DNA of 64,000 nt from Candidatus Caenarcanales bacterium. GTDB lineage: Bacteria > Cyanobacteriota > Vampirovibrionia > Caenarcaniphilales > Caenarcanaceae. Position 1 is the first letter of the stretch; the number at the start of each line of letters is the position of its first letter. Location of the stretch: the NCBI GenBank assembly GCA_041737745.1, contig JBGSRC010000003.1, positions 36,631 to 100,630 of the forward strand. Reading direction: 5' to 3'. The notes beneath the pieces were generated by a model. The model was not told the origin of the DNA. It saw only the letters and a list, made by a program, of their open reading frames with translations, and did no database searches. The position numbers and the translations under genes are program-made. Of this stretch, positions 37,204 through 45,768 are shown one piece after another.

Positions 37204-38401
37204 CTCGCAAATGCTCCCCGAAGGATCACGCGATCTCCTCCCTCTAGAGCTGATTCGCCAAGATAAGCTCAGAGACATGTTGCTTACCCGTTTTCGCTCT
37301 TGGGGCTATCAGCCTGTCTTACCACCGACATTGGAAAGCCTTGAAGCGATCGAACGCGGTCGACCCCAATTCATTCGTGATAGCTTCAAGGTGATCGATC
37401 AAGACGGTTGCTTGCTGGCACTCAGACCGGATCTCACTTTGCCGATCGCGCGTCTTGCCGCTACTAGACTGAGCCAAGTCGAGAGACCTCTACGTCTTTG
37501 TTACGCTGCTGCTGTTTTTCGGCCTAATGCCCATTTAGCTGATGAAAGAAGAGAAATTTATCAGGCGGGCATAGAGCTGATTGGGGCGCACCGTGGCGCG
37601 CAAGCTTACACTCTCGAACAGACCAATAAAGCCAATCTGGAATGTCTTAGTTTACTGATCGAGACGCTGCAAGCGCTCAAACTACCGGGCTTCAAGATCG
37701 TGCTTTCGCACACAGACTTGTGGCGTTATGCCGGTGAGATCTTTCGGCGTGTGCAAGAACATCTAGATATTGATCTTTCGCACGATCTAGACCGTCTGAT
37801 GCGTCGGGGAGACTTTGTCGAATACCAAAAGAGCATCAAGCAAGCTGAAGATCGTTGTCGGCGTTCATTTAGTCGGGGCACTCAGAAAGTCACCAATGAG
37901 CTCCAGACTGTATTCGAGGCTGCTGGGGCTGATTCGCCGCTTTCCTATTTGAACAAAGCTTGTTATGAGCTGACTGGCAAGCCTGAGCAGATTTTGAGTT
38001 ATTTTGATGCTGATTCAGATTTAGCTAAAGAGCTGAGTGGGATCATTTCGCTGGAAAAGATTTTTGGGGAGGATATATTTTTGGTGGATCTCACTATGCG
38101 TCCTGATCCGGATTTTTACACTGGGCTATTCTTTCAGGTGATCATTCCTCAGCAGGGGCGGCCTATTGCTTCTGGTGGTCGTTACAATAATCTCATTTCT
38201 TGTTTTGGGATCTCAGAGCCAGCTATTGGGTTTTCTTTGCAGCTAGATCATCTATTGCGTTTCAGCAAGTCGGAAGTGCTCAATGAGCCTGTCTGTCAAG
38301 CACAAAAAGTCTGTGTTACTTCTCCTACTGGAGATCTCTTGGAGGCTATAGTCTCGGCTAGCAAGCTAAGAGAGACTCATGAGACTGTAGTTTTGGACTA
38401 G
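37193..38401 (+). CDS. hisZ: ATP phosphoribosyltransferase regulatory subunit HisZ
   Basis: LPEGSRDLLP, LALRPDLTLPIAR, RLCY...VFR, EIYQAGIELIG, FYTGLFF, GGRYNNL, AIGFS; start at 37193 or 37211. Confidence 0.9.
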   Translation: MENNSQMLPEGSRDLLPLELIRQDKLRDMLLTRFRSWGYQPVLPPTLESLEAIERGRPQFIRDSFKVIDQDGCLLALRPDLTLPIARLAATRLSQVERPLRLCYAAAVFRPNAHLADERREIYQAGIELIGAHRGAQAYTLEQTNKANLECLSLLIETLQALKLPGFKIVLSHTDLWRYAGEIFRRVQEHLDIDLSHDLDRLMRRGDFVEYQKSIKQAEDRCRRSFSRGTQKVTNELQTVFEAAGADSPLSYLNKACYELTGKPEQILSYFDADSDLAKELSGIISLEKIFGEDIFLVDLTMRPDPDFYTGLFFQVIIPQQGRPIASGGRYNNLISCFGISEPAIGFSLQLDHLLRFSKSEVLNEPVCQAQKVCVTSPTGDLLEAIVSASKLRETHETVVLD

Positions 38402-38450
38402 CAAGGCTGAGCCTTGACCCTATTGTTCACGAAACATTGACTTGGTCACT
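38402..38450 (+). repeat. Long module E directly after the hisZ stop
   Basis: CAAGGCTGAGCCTTGACCCTATTGTTCACGAAACATTGACTTGG, homologous to 33630 and 42117-42158(-). Confidence 0.8.
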
Positions 38451-38510
38451 TTTAGTGACATTTCTTTTTCTTTTGCTTTCTTCGGGGTGGGTAGTTTTTG
38501 TAATGATTGT

Positions 38511-38699
38511 CTAGCCTCTCTCGGCCATTCCTTCTAGAGTCATCGCAAGGTTTACGGCTAAGCAGTCCAGGGCTTCTTCTGGAGAGTTTCCGTGACCAGC
38601 ATCAAAGATATCGGGTTCGTCTATTATTCTTGCGGTGAAGATTTCGTCTGTGAACTGGACTAGGACACGAAACTTAGAGAGATCTGCTCTTTTACTCAC
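38511..38699 (-). CDS. HicB-like (RNase H-like fold) small protein without a partner
   Basis: F.V.V.....FTARI...PD....GHGNSPEEALDCLA.NL...LE, resembling the HicB N-terminal domain. Confidence 0.6.
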   Translation of the reverse strand: MSKRADLSKFRVLVQFTDEIFTARIIDEPDIFDAGHGNSPEEALDCLAVNLAMTLEGMAERG

Positions 38700-39026
38700 G
38701 TTCTGATTTTAGCAATAACAATTAGACCTTCGTTGGGGTCTTACCCTAGCAGCTCTCTCGGCCTGACGGCACTCTAGCTATGCTGGCTCTCGGGGCTAGT
38801 CGCCCACTCACCCTCCGGGATATTGACAATTCCCCGAGCATATGAGATTATGATTCGGCTAAATGATCTTCCGCTAACTGAAAAAGAGGGCAGTTTGTTT
38901 AAGTTAGGGTTAAAACTTCTCTTGACAACTTGAAAGACTAAATGTCATTATGAAGTTAAGGCAATACTAAACAAACGTTAAAGCTTAAATAACCAACCAA
39001 AAGGATCTCTACAAAAAATAAACATT

Positions 39027-41192
39027 ATGGCAGACAATATGACAGTTAATGGCGCACAAGGCGCTCCTCAGGAAGTATATAACAGCAAAAATAATAATAG
39101 AACAGTAAGAACCCCTAAGCAAAGCGGTACTTCAACTGCTGGCTCCACTCAGCTATCCCAGTTTGCTAGCGCTAGAACAAGCAGCAAAGTATTTGGATCT
39201 CAACTCCGTGGAGAGAAAGAAAGAACACTCGAAATTGAAAAAGAGAAGATTAAAAAGACAGCAGAAGCATTAAAAGAAAAGCTCCTAGGACACGTGGATA
39301 CAATCAAAAAGAAAGATTCTCAAGATTTTATCAATGCTTTCTTAAAGAATGTTAAAGCTCATCAACTTGCTAACAATGGAAATCTAGGCGAGTTCCACGA
39401 TCTAGTAAAAGCATTATCTGAACACGAAGCAGTTAAAAAAGCCCCAGATCCAGCAAAGGGTTTGGGAGGTTTAAGAACATTTGCACTTGCACACTTAACA
39501 GGTCATGAAAATCACGAAGTATTCGTACAGAATGGAATAATAGGACTAGATAAATCTCACGAGCCAGCAAGGAAGCTTGCTACTTTACTTTCTCAAACAG
39601 TAGAGGAAAGAAATGAAGAAATATTTAGATTAGAGGAAAAACTAGAAAAAAAAGAAACATTAACACCTGATGAAGCTGTATCTCTTTACTATTTGAAAGA
39701 TAGTATAAAGATTGATAGTGGATTAGCTAGTGCGTACCCAAATGTCACCGCTTTTCCACATCCTCAATCGGTAGTAAAAGGACCAGTAGCAGACGCTATC
39801 CTTGCTTTCCATGATTCTTATGCAGATACAAGTTCTTCAAAAGTTCAAGCATTAAAGCTTCTTGAAGATGCTGCCCAAGCTATAAAAACTAGGCTTGCTG
39901 AAACTACAAGTCCACCAAATCCTCAAGAAGTAGCCGAATTACAAGGCGAGTTGGCTTTTTTACAGTCTCATGCGGCTGAACTGAAAACTAAGGCTCAAGC
40001 AGAATCAGAAGTATTCAAATCAGTAACGTCACTTATTAATGACACTATAGATACCCGCCTATCAAGCCTAAATATCAATCTTTCAGACACTGACAAGGCA
40101 GCTTTAAAGCAAGAAATAATAAATTCTCTGCCCCCTGTATCCGGCAATGTTGATGCCGACGTGCTTAAGAGGGCCGTCGATACTGCCGTCGCTGCAAAGA
40201 CTGCTGATTTGGAAACAAGATTAGCAGCCCAAGAAGCCGCCGGACCAGCTGCTAAAAAGACGATCGACGCTGCAACTTTTAAGACTCCAGCAATATCAGA
40301 GGCCCTAACTGCTCTTACTACAGCAAAAGGTGATCTGCCAACTGAAGAAGCAGCTACAACTGCTCTTATCGCCAAGGCTCAAACAATCCATGATGCTCTT
40401 GAAGAACTTAATAATGCAGAAAATGCTGACGCCACTGATATAAAGGCTTTAAAAACTGAGCTGCAGGGTGCCTACGATGCTCTTCACGAAGATATCAGAA
40501 ATAAAGTCGTGAAACCCAAAGGTCCAGAGGTTCCTGGCGGTGGTGGTGACAAAAAAACCTCACCTTTCCTCTGGGGAACCGCAATAGCAGGCGCAGCAGC
40601 CGCCTTCTTCGGCCTCTTCCAAAACATGGGCAATAGTAGTAAACAAAAAGCAATGCTCACCGCCCTTGGCCAGCAATTCCAAGGCATAGGAACCCAAGTC
40701 TCCCAAGCAATGCAACAACTGCAAAGCCAACTGGAAGACCTAAAAAAAGATAGCGCCGATACCTCCCAAGCCTTCTCCATCCTCAATGAAGGACTGACCA
40801 CCGCCTATGCCTCTGCCCCAAGCAGAGCCGTATTCGGCAGCGGCAAAGCAATCTTCAATAGCGATGAAGATGGCACCAGCACTCCACCAGCAGCTAGTTC
40901 AGCCAATGATGGACCGAAAACCAAAGCAGCCAAAGAGACATTGGCCAAAATGAAAGCCAAGAAAGACCAACAAAACCAAATGGGTGGCGGCAATATGGCT
41001 CCCGGAAATGGTGGCGGTAACATGCCCCCACAAGGCATGATGAGCGGTGGAGCAAGCAACAGCGTAAATGGCCAACCAGGAGTGACTACATACCCAGATG
41101 GAACCCGCTCTTATGCGATTTCCTTCCCAGGTTATCAGCAGCAACCAGCCGCACCAGCTGCCGCTCCGTACATGATCAACGTTAAGCAGTAA
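39027..41192 (+). CDS. Large lineage-specific hypothetical protein (coiled coils, one hydrophobic segment, disordered termini)
   Basis: 721-aa ORF followed by a terminator; no Sec signal; FLWGTAIAGAAAAFFGLF segment. Confidence 0.85.
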   Translation: MADNMTVNGAQGAPQEVYNSKNNNRTVRTPKQSGTSTAGSTQLSQFASARTSSKVFGSQLRGEKERTLEIEKEKIKKTAEALKEKLLGHVDTIKKKDSQDFINAFLKNVKAHQLANNGNLGEFHDLVKALSEHEAVKKAPDPAKGLGGLRTFALAHLTGHENHEVFVQNGIIGLDKSHEPARKLATLLSQTVEERNEEIFRLEEKLEKKETLTPDEAVSLYYLKDSIKIDSGLASAYPNVTAFPHPQSVVKGPVADAILAFHDSYADTSSSKVQALKLLEDAAQAIKTRLAETTSPPNPQEVAELQGELAFLQSHAAELKTKAQAESEVFKSVTSLINDTIDTRLSSLNINLSDTDKAALKQEIINSLPPVSGNVDADVLKRAVDTAVAAKTADLETRLAAQEAAGPAAKKTIDAATFKTPAISEALTALTTAKGDLPTEEAATTALIAKAQTIHDALEELNNAENADATDIKALKTELQGAYDALHEDIRNKVVKPKGPEVPGGGGDKKTSPFLWGTAIAGAAAAFFGLFQNMGNSSKQKAMLTALGQQFQGIGTQVSQAMQQLQSQLEDLKKDSADTSQAFSILNEGLTTAYASAPSRAVFGSGKAIFNSDEDGTSTPPAASSANDGPKTKAAKETLAKMKAKKDQQNQMGGGNMAPGNGGGNMPPQGMMSGGASNSVNGQPGVTTYPDGTRSYAISFPGYQQQPAAPAAAPYMINVKQ

Positions 41193-41195
41193 GCC

Positions 41196-41350
41196 CGCGT
41201 AGCGTGAGTGGGGCGACTAGGCTGCCGAGTGTGCCGCGAAGCGCAAGTGATGCAGGTAAAAGGGAAGGTTACCGAGTGTGGCCTTCCTTTTTTTCTTTAT
41301 AAAGAATTTAACTTCAAATTCCCCCTCCTTGGAGGGGGTTAGGGGGTGGA
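41196..41350 (+). repeat. Module C, terminator and module B node
   Basis: CGCGTAGCGTGAGTGGGGCGACTAG at 41196; TTCCCCCTCCTTGGAGGGGGTTAGGGGGTGG at about 41319. Confidence 0.8.
41263..41295 (+). terminator. Intrinsic terminator
   Basis: GGAAGGTTAC-CGAGT-GTGGCCTTCC stem-loop followed by T7. Confidence 0.85.
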
Positions 41351-41406
41351 AAACAAAAACCTCTACTCACGATAAAATCACCAAAGCTGAGCTAAAATAA
41401 AGTCTC

Positions 41407-41814
41407 ATGAAAAAGCAACTAATAACCCTAAGCTCACTGCTCCTAGTTTTCTTAGTATCCTGTTCCCCTACCCAAAGCAAAAAAATGAACCAAGACCTGC
41501 AAATGACCGATGAAGTAGTTGGCCAAGGCGCCATAGCCGAAAAAGGTAAAAAAGTAACAGTGCACTACACAGGCACTTTCACCGACGGCAAAAAATTTGA
41601 TAGCTCATTAGACCGCAATCAGCCCTTCAGCTTCAAACTCGGAGCCGGCCAAGTGATCAAAGGTTGGGACCAAGGAGTACAAGGAATGAAAGTAGGCGGC
41701 AAGCGCGAACTCACCATTCCACCAGACATGGCCTATGGCGCTAGTGGCGTACCGGGAGCTATCCCCCCGAATTCGACTTTGAAGTTTGATGTAGAGCTTC
41801 TTTCAGTCGAGTAA
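41407..41814 (+). CDS. FKBP-type peptidyl-prolyl isomerase, lipoprotein
   Basis: Lipobox LVSC; [40 protein letters not shown]. Confidence 0.95.
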   Translation: MKKQLITLSSLLLVFLVSCSPTQSKKMNQDLQMTDEVVGQGAIAEKGKKVTVHYTGTFTDGKKFDSSLDRNQPFSFKLGAGQVIKGWDQGVQGMKVGGKRELTIPPDMAYGASGVPGAIPPNSTLKFDVELLSVE

Positions 41815-41816
41815 TC

Positions 41817-41900
41817 CGCGTAGCGTAAGTGGGGCGACTAGCCCCCGAGAGTGACGCGTAGCGTAAGTGGGGCGACTAGCACCCGAGTGTGACGCGTAGC
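41817..41900 (+). repeat. 38-bp tandem repeat of module C (two copies plus a partial third)
   Basis: CGCGTAGCGTAAGTGGGGCGACTAGC(C/A)CCCGAG(A/T)GTGA starting at 41817, 41855 and 41893. Confidence 0.9.
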
Positions 41901-41923
41901 CATTAGTGCAACAAGTTAAGAGT

Positions 41924-41960
41924 GGGAAGGCTACCGAATGTGGCCTTCTTTTCTTTTTTT
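41924..41960 (+). terminator. Intrinsic terminator, near-duplicate of 41263-41295
   Basis: GAAGGCTAC-CGAAT-GTGGCCTTC followed by a T-tract. Confidence 0.85.
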
Positions 41961-42039
41961 TGCAAGCCTGACTTGTTCAGCATGAATGCTGTAGCTTACT
42001 CTTTGATCGGTCTATTCTCTTTCAAAGTTCAGCGGGTTG

Positions 42040-42158
42040 TTAAGGGGCCGGTGCCCCATATGATAATAAACTTCCCTTTTCACTGAGAGGGAGACAATCA
42101 AAAATCAACTCAAGAACTAAGTAGTGTTTCGTCACAATGGCATCAAAGCTCAGCTTTG
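42040..42158. repeat. REP-like node (module D variant plus long module E after the plsY stop)
   Basis: Minus strand CAAAGCTGAGCTTTGATGCCATTGTGACGAAACACTACTTAG begins immediately after the plsY TAG. Confidence 0.75.
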
Positions 42159-42818
42159 CTATATCTTCGGCTCTTCGCCACGAAGCAAGCGCCCAATATT
42201 GCTTTGATGTCGAATGACAATGTAAACAGTGCCCAACAAGCAAAGCAACAATAAATACAACCACGAATAATTCCCCGAACCAGTAGGCCGGTGGAAAAAA
42301 AGCATACAAGGAATACTGAGCGGAATAGCCACCAAAGCCGCAACGGAAAAGATCCGGCTAACAGCCAAAGTCCCACCCCAGATTAAAGCGACAATCAAGC
42401 CCACCCGCCAATCAAGCCCAAACAAAGTCCCAACCCCACAAGCAACAGACTTTCCTCCCTTGAAGCTCAGCCAAATGGAACGAGCATGCCCCAAGATGGT
42501 AGAAGCCGCCGCCAAGATCCCCGGCAAAACTAAATCCCCATCACCCAGCGAAGCCCAAAACATCAACCCCGGCTCATACCATAAAGCAAATTGGGTGGCC
42601 AAATATGGCGCCAATAAACCCTTCCCAAAATCAAAAAAGAGTACAGCAAACCCAAAGCCCTTCCCTAGTACTCGGAAAGCATTAGCCGTTCCAGGATTAC
42701 CACTACCGTGCTCTAGTATGTTGAGCCCCTTTAGTCGCCCAAATAGATATGCAAAAGGAATAGCCCCAAGGACGTATCCGACTATAATAGGTACTAAGAT
42801 TGAGAAAAATGCATTCAT
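42159..42818 (-). CDS. plsY: Glycerol-3-phosphate acyltransferase PlsY
   Basis: GYVLGAIPF, HGSGNPGTAN, FDFGKG, GHARSIWLSFKGGKSVA, RHQSNIGRL..GEE; ATG at 42818. Confidence 0.94.
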   Translation of the reverse strand: MNAFFSILVPIIVGYVLGAIPFAYLFGRLKGLNILEHGSGNPGTANAFRVLGKGFGFAVLFFDFGKGLLAPYLATQFALWYEPGLMFWASLGDGDLVLPGILAAASTILGHARSIWLSFKGGKSVACGVGTLFGLDWRVGLIVALIWGGTLAVSRIFSVAALVAIPLSIPCMLFFHRPTGSGNYSWLYLLLLCLLGTVYIVIRHQSNIGRLLRGEEPKI

Positions 42819-42875
42819 CTGCTTTTCTTTACTTCTTTGAGACAACGATTACAAAGTAAACCATAAATCACGCGC

Positions 42876-44405
42876 TTGCAAGAACCGACAAATAATAATC
42901 CCGAAATCGATAAACTGCTAGAGCTGCTGCCAGACCGGATAGTGGCTAGTATTCACAATCATACGAGCAAAGATAAATTAATAGAAGTAGTGATGGACCT
43001 AGGACGCCTCCCAGAGCTCCGCTTCCACGATGAACCTACCCTCTATCTGAACGAACAAGTGACACAAGATGAGATAGATTTCATCTGTTTGAATGTGGGC
43101 GGTTTTTCTTCAGAAAATAGAGCGGGGATCGAGCGTACCTTGCACCGAATCTCAGCGATCCGCAACCGTAAAGGCGATATTATCGGGCTGACCTGCCGGA
43201 TCGGGAAGACGATCACCGGCACGATCACCCTCTTTGACGATCTGTTGGAAAACAATGAATCTATCCTGCTGATGGGGCCCCCCGGTTGTGGCAAGACCTC
43301 TCGTCTCCGCGAAATATCGCAAATGCTCGCCGGCAAACACAATAAACGCGTGATCATCGTCGACACCTCAAATGAGATCGGTGGTGACGGTGATATTCCC
43401 CACGCCTCAGTAGGACGGGCTAGACGCATGTCAGTGATTGACCCGTCGCAACAACACAAGGTAATGCTCGAAGCAGTCGAGAATCACATGCCCGAAGTGA
43501 TCGTGATCGACGAGATCAGCACTATGGAAGAGGCCATGGCCGCTCAGACTATAGCCGAAAGAGGAGTGATCTTGGTGGCCACCGCTCACGGAAAAGACCT
43601 AGAGAGCATAGTGCGCAATCCACCACTTTCGCTTTTGGTCGGGGATCCACAGGCCGTAACGCTCAGCGACGAAGAAGCAAAACGACGTAAAACGCAAAAG
43701 AGTGTCCTAGAGCGCTCCAAGGAAGCCACTTTTTCGATCGCTGTCGAGATAGTCTCTCATCACTCGGTGGTGATTCACCATCAGGTCAATGCTGCCGTCG
43801 ATAGTATATTGCGAGGCTCTAGCACAGGCAGCTCAGAAGTTCGCCATGTCAATGACCAAAAAAGCCAAAAAAACAAACCTGACGAAGAGAAGCTGTTAGC
43901 CAGCAAAAACACTAGTGAAGAATATGACCAAGTAAAACCGATGCTCGTCTATCCCTATGCAGTCAGCCATACGCAAATCAACGCCGTGATCAAAGCCCAT
44001 GACCTGCCCGCTGAGATAGTCGATGACATAGACCAAGCAGATGTAGTGGTGGCGCTGAAAGACTATGCCTTGCCAGGCGCCAAAATCAAAAAGCTCACCG
44101 AAATGCTCGGTTTGCAGCTGATCACAATCGAGAATAATAATTTTTCAGAACTTCGTAAAGCGCTCACTAGCTTGCTCGCCTATCCTATTGAGGAATTTGA
44201 TGAAAGTGAGCTGGAAATCCAAATCGGACTAGAAGAAGCGGAAAGAGCGATTCATCACGCTAAAGCGAAAGGTGTCGGTCATGAGCTAGCGCCCCGCAAA
44301 GAGAAAGTGCGCAAAGCGCAACAGGATTTAATTAATCGATCTGGTCTACTCTCTGAACTAATCGGTGAAGGAAGCAATAAAAGAATCAGACTCGGTGGCG
44401 AATGA
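42876..44405 (+). CDS. Ycf45/SpoIIIAA-like AAA ATPase with R3H-like C-terminus
   Basis: EVVMDLGRLPE, RAGIERTLHRISAIRNR, GPPGCGKTS, VDTSNEIGGDG, NHMPEVIVIDE, TAHG. Confidence 0.9.
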   Translation: MQEPTNNNPEIDKLLELLPDRIVASIHNHTSKDKLIEVVMDLGRLPELRFHDEPTLYLNEQVTQDEIDFICLNVGGFSSENRAGIERTLHRISAIRNRKGDIIGLTCRIGKTITGTITLFDDLLENNESILLMGPPGCGKTSRLREISQMLAGKHNKRVIIVDTSNEIGGDGDIPHASVGRARRMSVIDPSQQHKVMLEAVENHMPEVIVIDEISTMEEAMAAQTIAERGVILVATAHGKDLESIVRNPPLSLLVGDPQAVTLSDEEAKRRKTQKSVLERSKEATFSIAVEIVSHHSVVIHHQVNAAVDSILRGSSTGSSEVRHVNDQKSQKNKPDEEKLLASKNTSEEYDQVKPMLVYPYAVSHTQINAVIKAHDLPAEIVDDIDQADVVVALKDYALPGAKIKKLTEMLGLQLITIENNNFSELRKALTSLLAYPIEEFDESELEIQIGLEEAERAIHHAKAKGVGHELAPRKEKVRKAQQDLINRSGLLSELIGEGSNKRIRLGGE

Positions 44406-45133
44406 AGCCTCCTAGCGAACAAAAGCGAAAAGTTGCTCATCTAGCGATCATTATGGACGGCAATCGGCGCTGGGCTAGCAGTCGCGGGCTTCCGGTTTTT
44501 CTCGGCCACAAAGCCGGAGTAGAAGCGCTCAAGCGGACTATAGAGGCTTGTTTGGCTTCTGGTGTCAAAGTGCTTACTGCCTTTGTGCTCTCTACGGAAA
44601 ACTGGAATAGACCAGAGGGTGAACTGAAATATCTTCTAGGGCTGCTTCAAGAGACTATAAGAGCTGAGATGAAGCTGCTTCAGGATCATAAGGTGAAAGT
44701 TCGTTTTCTCGGTGAGAGCTTGCAGGCTGCTTTCCCTGGGCTTTATGAGCTCTTTGCGGCTACTGAGCGGGAAACTGAGGGCAATGACAGTCTTCTATTG
44801 CAGGTGGCGCTCAATTATGGCGGTCGGGCTGATATCTTGCAGGCTACCAGAAGCTTTATGCGGCAGGCTTTAGAGGGGACTTTAGCGCCAGAAAATTTAA
44901 CTGAGGGTTTGTTTGAGCGGGCGCTTTTGACTGGCTTAGGTGATCAAGCGTGTTTGGATCCGGATTTGTTGATTCGGACTGGTGGAGAGCAGCGTCTCAG
45001 CAATTACTTGTTGTGGCCTTTGGCTTATACTGAGCTTTTATTTTTGCCTATTTTGTGGCCTGATTTTGGACTTAGTGATTTTGAGGCTTCTTTGGCTGAG
45101 TTTCAGGGGCGGGATCGTCGGTTTGGCTCTTAG
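44402..45133 (+). CDS. uppS: Undecaprenyl diphosphate synthase (cis-isoprenyl transferase)
   Basis: HLAIIMDGNRRWA, GH.AG, STENW.RP..E, NYGGR, DPDLLIRTGGEQRLSNYLLW, RRFG. Confidence 0.96.
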   Translation: MKPPSEQKRKVAHLAIIMDGNRRWASSRGLPVFLGHKAGVEALKRTIEACLASGVKVLTAFVLSTENWNRPEGELKYLLGLLQETIRAEMKLLQDHKVKVRFLGESLQAAFPGLYELFAATERETEGNDSLLLQVALNYGGRADILQATRSFMRQALEGTLAPENLTEGLFERALLTGLGDQACLDPDLLIRTGGEQRLSNYLLWPLAYTELLFLPILWPDFGLSDFEASLAEFQGRDRRFGS

Positions 45134-45554
45134 TGAGTTTATTTACAGCAACGGTGGATCCTTGGACTTTGGTTTTATCACTGAAGAGCATGGGCTTTCT
45201 AGTGGTCCAGTAAGGCTAGAGCGAGGCAGTGAAGATACCTTTGGACTTGCACATGTTGAAGAAGCAAAGCGTTTAAAATCTATTCAAAAAATTGGATTTG
45301 TCGATGCTTTGACTTTTATCGAGTTCATTGCGGCACATTTTGATCAAGCTCTTGACAATCCTCAAAGAAGCACTAGCCAGCCTCGTTATTGTTTAGTCAG
45401 GCATGAAGGCGAGAGGCGTTTAGTCTTGATTGTGGAGCTCAAAGCAGAAGCCGGTAAAACTTTCTACTCAATAATCACAGCTTTCCCCATCTCAGATCGG
45501 AAAAAGTACTTGAAAGACAATAAAATACTCTGGACAAAAAGGTCGGCTTGTTAG
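45123..45554 (+). CDS. Stand-alone putative BECR/PBECR-type RNase domain protein
   Basis: Probable TTG start at 45123 overlapping the uppS stop; G.VRLERG....FGLAHV and C-terminal FYSIITAF.....YL....LW resemble PBECR nuclease domains. Confidence 0.55.
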   Translation: MALSEFIYSNGGSLDFGFITEEHGLSSGPVRLERGSEDTFGLAHVEEAKRLKSIQKIGFVDALTFIEFIAAHFDQALDNPQRSTSQPRYCLVRHEGERRLVLIVELKAEAGKTFYSIITAFPISDRKKYLKDNKILWTKRSAC

Positions 45555-45768
45555 CAGAAGAACACCCCTTCTGCGACTGGTAGCGGTCTTGCCAGTCATC
45601 TTTACCAAATAGCACGTGTGAGATTGCTCTCAAGACCGACACTGCTATTATAGGCGTCTAGAATCACAAACCTATATATATTATATACCCCTACTTGTCA
45701 TAATTTACCTACTTCTTGCAAGCGCTCTCTAATATAACTTTGTAATACATCACAGTTGATGGTGTTTC

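Noticed and set aside
35950-38419. Composite transposon carrying argG-hisZ
   Set aside because: No transposase and no target-site duplication, and the inverted repeats belong to a dispersed family. Kept only as an inverted-repeat observation.
38855-38905. Short similarity (LPL.EK.GSL-like) between about 38865 (+) and about 42070 (-)
   Set aside because: About 28 nt with several mismatches and an indel; not distinguishable from chance by eye.
41817-41900. 38-bp repeats as a mini CRISPR array
   Set aside because: The units are head-to-tail with no unique spacers, the same module occurs singly elsewhere, and there are no cas genes in the window.
42040-42376. ORFs 42040-42309 and 42143-42376
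   Set aside because: They are alternative frames of the plsY 3' end running into repeat DNA.
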